Assembly: GCA_002308515.1 (NCBI GenBank)
Contig: DBVN01000028.1
Location: 16,177 to 71,144, forward strand
Reading direction: 5' to 3'
DNA length: 54,968 nucleotides
Origin: Verrucomicrobia bacterium UBA1263
GTDB taxonomy: Bacteria > Verrucomicrobiota > Verrucomicrobiia > Limisphaerales > UBA1412
The notes under the pieces were generated by a model. That model ran no database searches. It saw only the letters and a program-made list of their open reading frames with translations, and was not told the origin of the DNA. Below, one piece after another: positions 53,213 through 54,968 of the stretch; position 1 is the first letter of the stretch; each line of letters starts with the position of its first letter. Both the position numbers and the translations under genes were made by a program.

Positions 53213-54886
53213 CTATTGAACTACAGTGCGATAGTATTTCTTACCTTGTGCGGTATTTACAATATAAAAATCATGAGCATCTGGAATAGTATTCCAATTC
53301 ACTGCATCATCGCTCTCCTCCAAATTCCCCTTAAAGTTCAATATGAAAATACTCTCCTCTCTGCAGAGGCTATACGCGATCTCTGTTTCAGAACAACGTG
53401 TCGGATTCCATGTTCCAGTCTTTTTATTCTGCCATTGTCCGTCAACAACAACAGCCTCCCAACTGGCATTTCCCTCCGGATAATAATTGATCAATGCGTT
53501 TGAAGCATCATATGCATAAGAATCAACATTCGGCACATTTCCTTGATAAAAAATATGTTCCAGATTCATACAACTATCAAATGCCCACATTCCGATAGAG
53601 CTTGCACCCGCGGAAATAATTATACTCACCAGGTTGTAGCACTCACAAAATGCCGCGTTCCCTACCGAAGTTACACTATCCGGAATAACATAAGTTATAT
53701 CCTTTTTTCCGGCAGGATATTGGATCAACACCGTCTGATCTTTATTAAACAGAACACCATCTACACTGCTGTAAGCCTTGTTACCTGGACTTACAGATAT
53801 TTCTGCAAGATTCTGATTAAACTGAAATGCATCCTCACCAATGAAAGTTACACCACTGCCTATCGTAATATTGCTCAAACTGTGACACCAAGTAAAAGCA
53901 TCATCGCCGATAAAAGCAACACTGTCAGGAATAATAACTCTCTCCAGACTGCTGCAGTGGGAAAAGGCATAAATTCCTATAGAAGTTACACTATCTGGGA
54001 TAATTATATCTTTTAGATTAACGCAATTAGAAAATAAAGCGTATGCAATAGACGTTACACTATCGGGAATAATTACACTCTCCAGACCGCTGCAAGCATC
54101 AAATGCGTATGAACCAATAGAAGTCACATTATCGGGGATTGTGATATGCTTCAGACTACTGCAACTCTCAAATGCACGATCTCCAATAGAAGTTATCCCT
54201 TTACCCAAAGTCACATCCGTCAAACCAGCACACCACATAAATGCCCAACCAGCAATAGAAATCACACTATCGGGAATGTCGATATTCTTTAAATGACTGC
54301 ATCCCAGAAATGCCCCTGAATCAATGGAAGTCACATTATCTGTTATCGTTATATCAATCAAATTGATACACTCCTCAAAAGCCCTCTTGCCAATAGTGAC
54401 CACCGTATCCGGTATCTCATAAAAATTCCCCTCCTTCGTTTTGGGATACTTAACCAAAACCGTCTGTTGCTTATTGAATAAAACACCATCCTTACTGCTA
54501 TAATTCACATTGTCAGGACTGACAGATATTTCAGCCAGATTATCACAAGAAACGAAAGCGTAATCTGTAATCGCAGTCAAATGACTGCCAATCACCACAT
54601 TTTTCACTGTACTAGTTCTAAGATCTTTAATCTCAGTCACCTCATAAGTAATGCCATCACATTCAACAAAATCCGGTATCGTGAGTGTTTCATCAGCTCT
54701 TGAGGCAGACATAACAGCAACAGTTCCTGTGGAATCTGTCCTGGTAAGGACCTGATAATACAGGTCACCTGCCAAAAAATAATCTTGATATACTTTATTC
54801 CATCCCAGTACTTGAAAAGAAATACAAAAAAATAACAAACCAATTAGGTTATATTCTATCAATGACTTATAACTGATTTCTTTCAT
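53213..54886 (-). CDS. BspA-type leucine-rich repeat (LRR_5) surface protein
   Basis: N-terminal hydrophobic anchor or signal. More than 10 units of about 23 aa of the form IPDSVTSIGxxAFxxCxxLxxI. Confidence 0.85.
   Translation of the reverse strand: MKEISYKSLIEYNLIGLLFFCISFQVLGWNKVYQDYFLAGDLYYQVLTRTDSTGTVAVMSASRADETLTIPDFVECDGITYEVTEIKDLRTSTVKNVVIGSHLTAITDYAFVSCDNLAEISVSPDNVNYSSKDGVLFNKQQTVLVKYPKTKEGNFYEIPDTVVTIGKRAFEECINLIDITITDNVTSIDSGAFLGCSHLKNIDIPDSVISIAGWAFMWCAGLTDVTLGKGITSIGDRAFESCSSLKHITIPDNVTSIGSYAFDACSGLESVIIPDSVTSIAYALFSNCVNLKDIIIPDSVTSIGIYAFSHCSSLERVIIPDSVAFIGDDAFTWCHSLSNITIGSGVTFIGEDAFQFNQNLAEISVSPGNKAYSSVDGVLFNKDQTVLIQYPAGKKDITYVIPDSVTSVGNAAFCECYNLVSIIISAGASSIGMWAFDSCMNLEHIFYQGNVPNVDSYAYDASNALINYYPEGNASWEAVVVDGQWQNKKTGTWNPTRCSETEIAYSLCREESIFILNFKGNLEESDDAVNWNTIPDAHDFYIVNTAQGKKYYRTVVQ
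53790..54420 (-). repeat. tandem coding repeats of about 69 nt (23 aa) within the LRR gene
   Basis: Successive units: ITDNVTSIDSGAFLGCSHLKNID, IPDSVISIAGWAFMWCAGLTDVT, IPDNVTSIGSYAFDACSGLESVI, IPDSVTSIAYALFSNCVNLKDII, IPDSVTSIGIYAFSHCSSLERVI. Boundaries approximate. Confidence 0.7.
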
Positions 54887-54968
54887 AATAAGATATTTCT
54901 ATTGTTTTTACATCATATTTTCTTCGGTATACATATCCAAAACACTAGCATCCCATAGAGATGGGAAA

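Overview
Chromosomal window from a diderm bacterium. LptD, BamA and two Skp genes indicate an outer membrane. DUF1080, a Tat-signal sugar-phosphate isomerase, a BspA-type LRR protein and NPCBM/GH127 enzymes suggest a PVC-group organism (Verrucomicrobiota/Lentisphaerota/Kiritimatiellota-like), but this is inference only and was not tested. Most of the window is housekeeping, as listed in the features. A glycan-degradation operon (NPCBM protein, GH127, one unknown secreted enzyme) and a BspA-like LRR protein close the window. Two genes absent from the ORF track were read from the DNA: RNase P RNA (about 18189-18564, minus strand) and a 33-aa bS22-like ribosomal peptide (45070-45171, minus strand). 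Three accessory patches stand out. (1) 31.7-33.7 kb is a minus-strand cassette. It encodes a 214-aa stand-alone, miniaturised NAD+-ligase (LigA)-like adenylation domain, a 163-aa orphan protein, a 108-aa membrane protein and two unlisted small hydrophobic peptides. A 10-bp direct repeat brackets it. This is my best candidate for an undescribed system. (2) 13.6-15.8 kb is a visibly AT-rich string of four membrane-protein genes with no recognisable family. (3) 5157-5942 is a single AT-rich orphan gene. No CRISPR array, tRNA, rRNA, transposase or integrase was seen. No homology, HMM or structure searches could be run, so all family calls rest on motifs read by eye.
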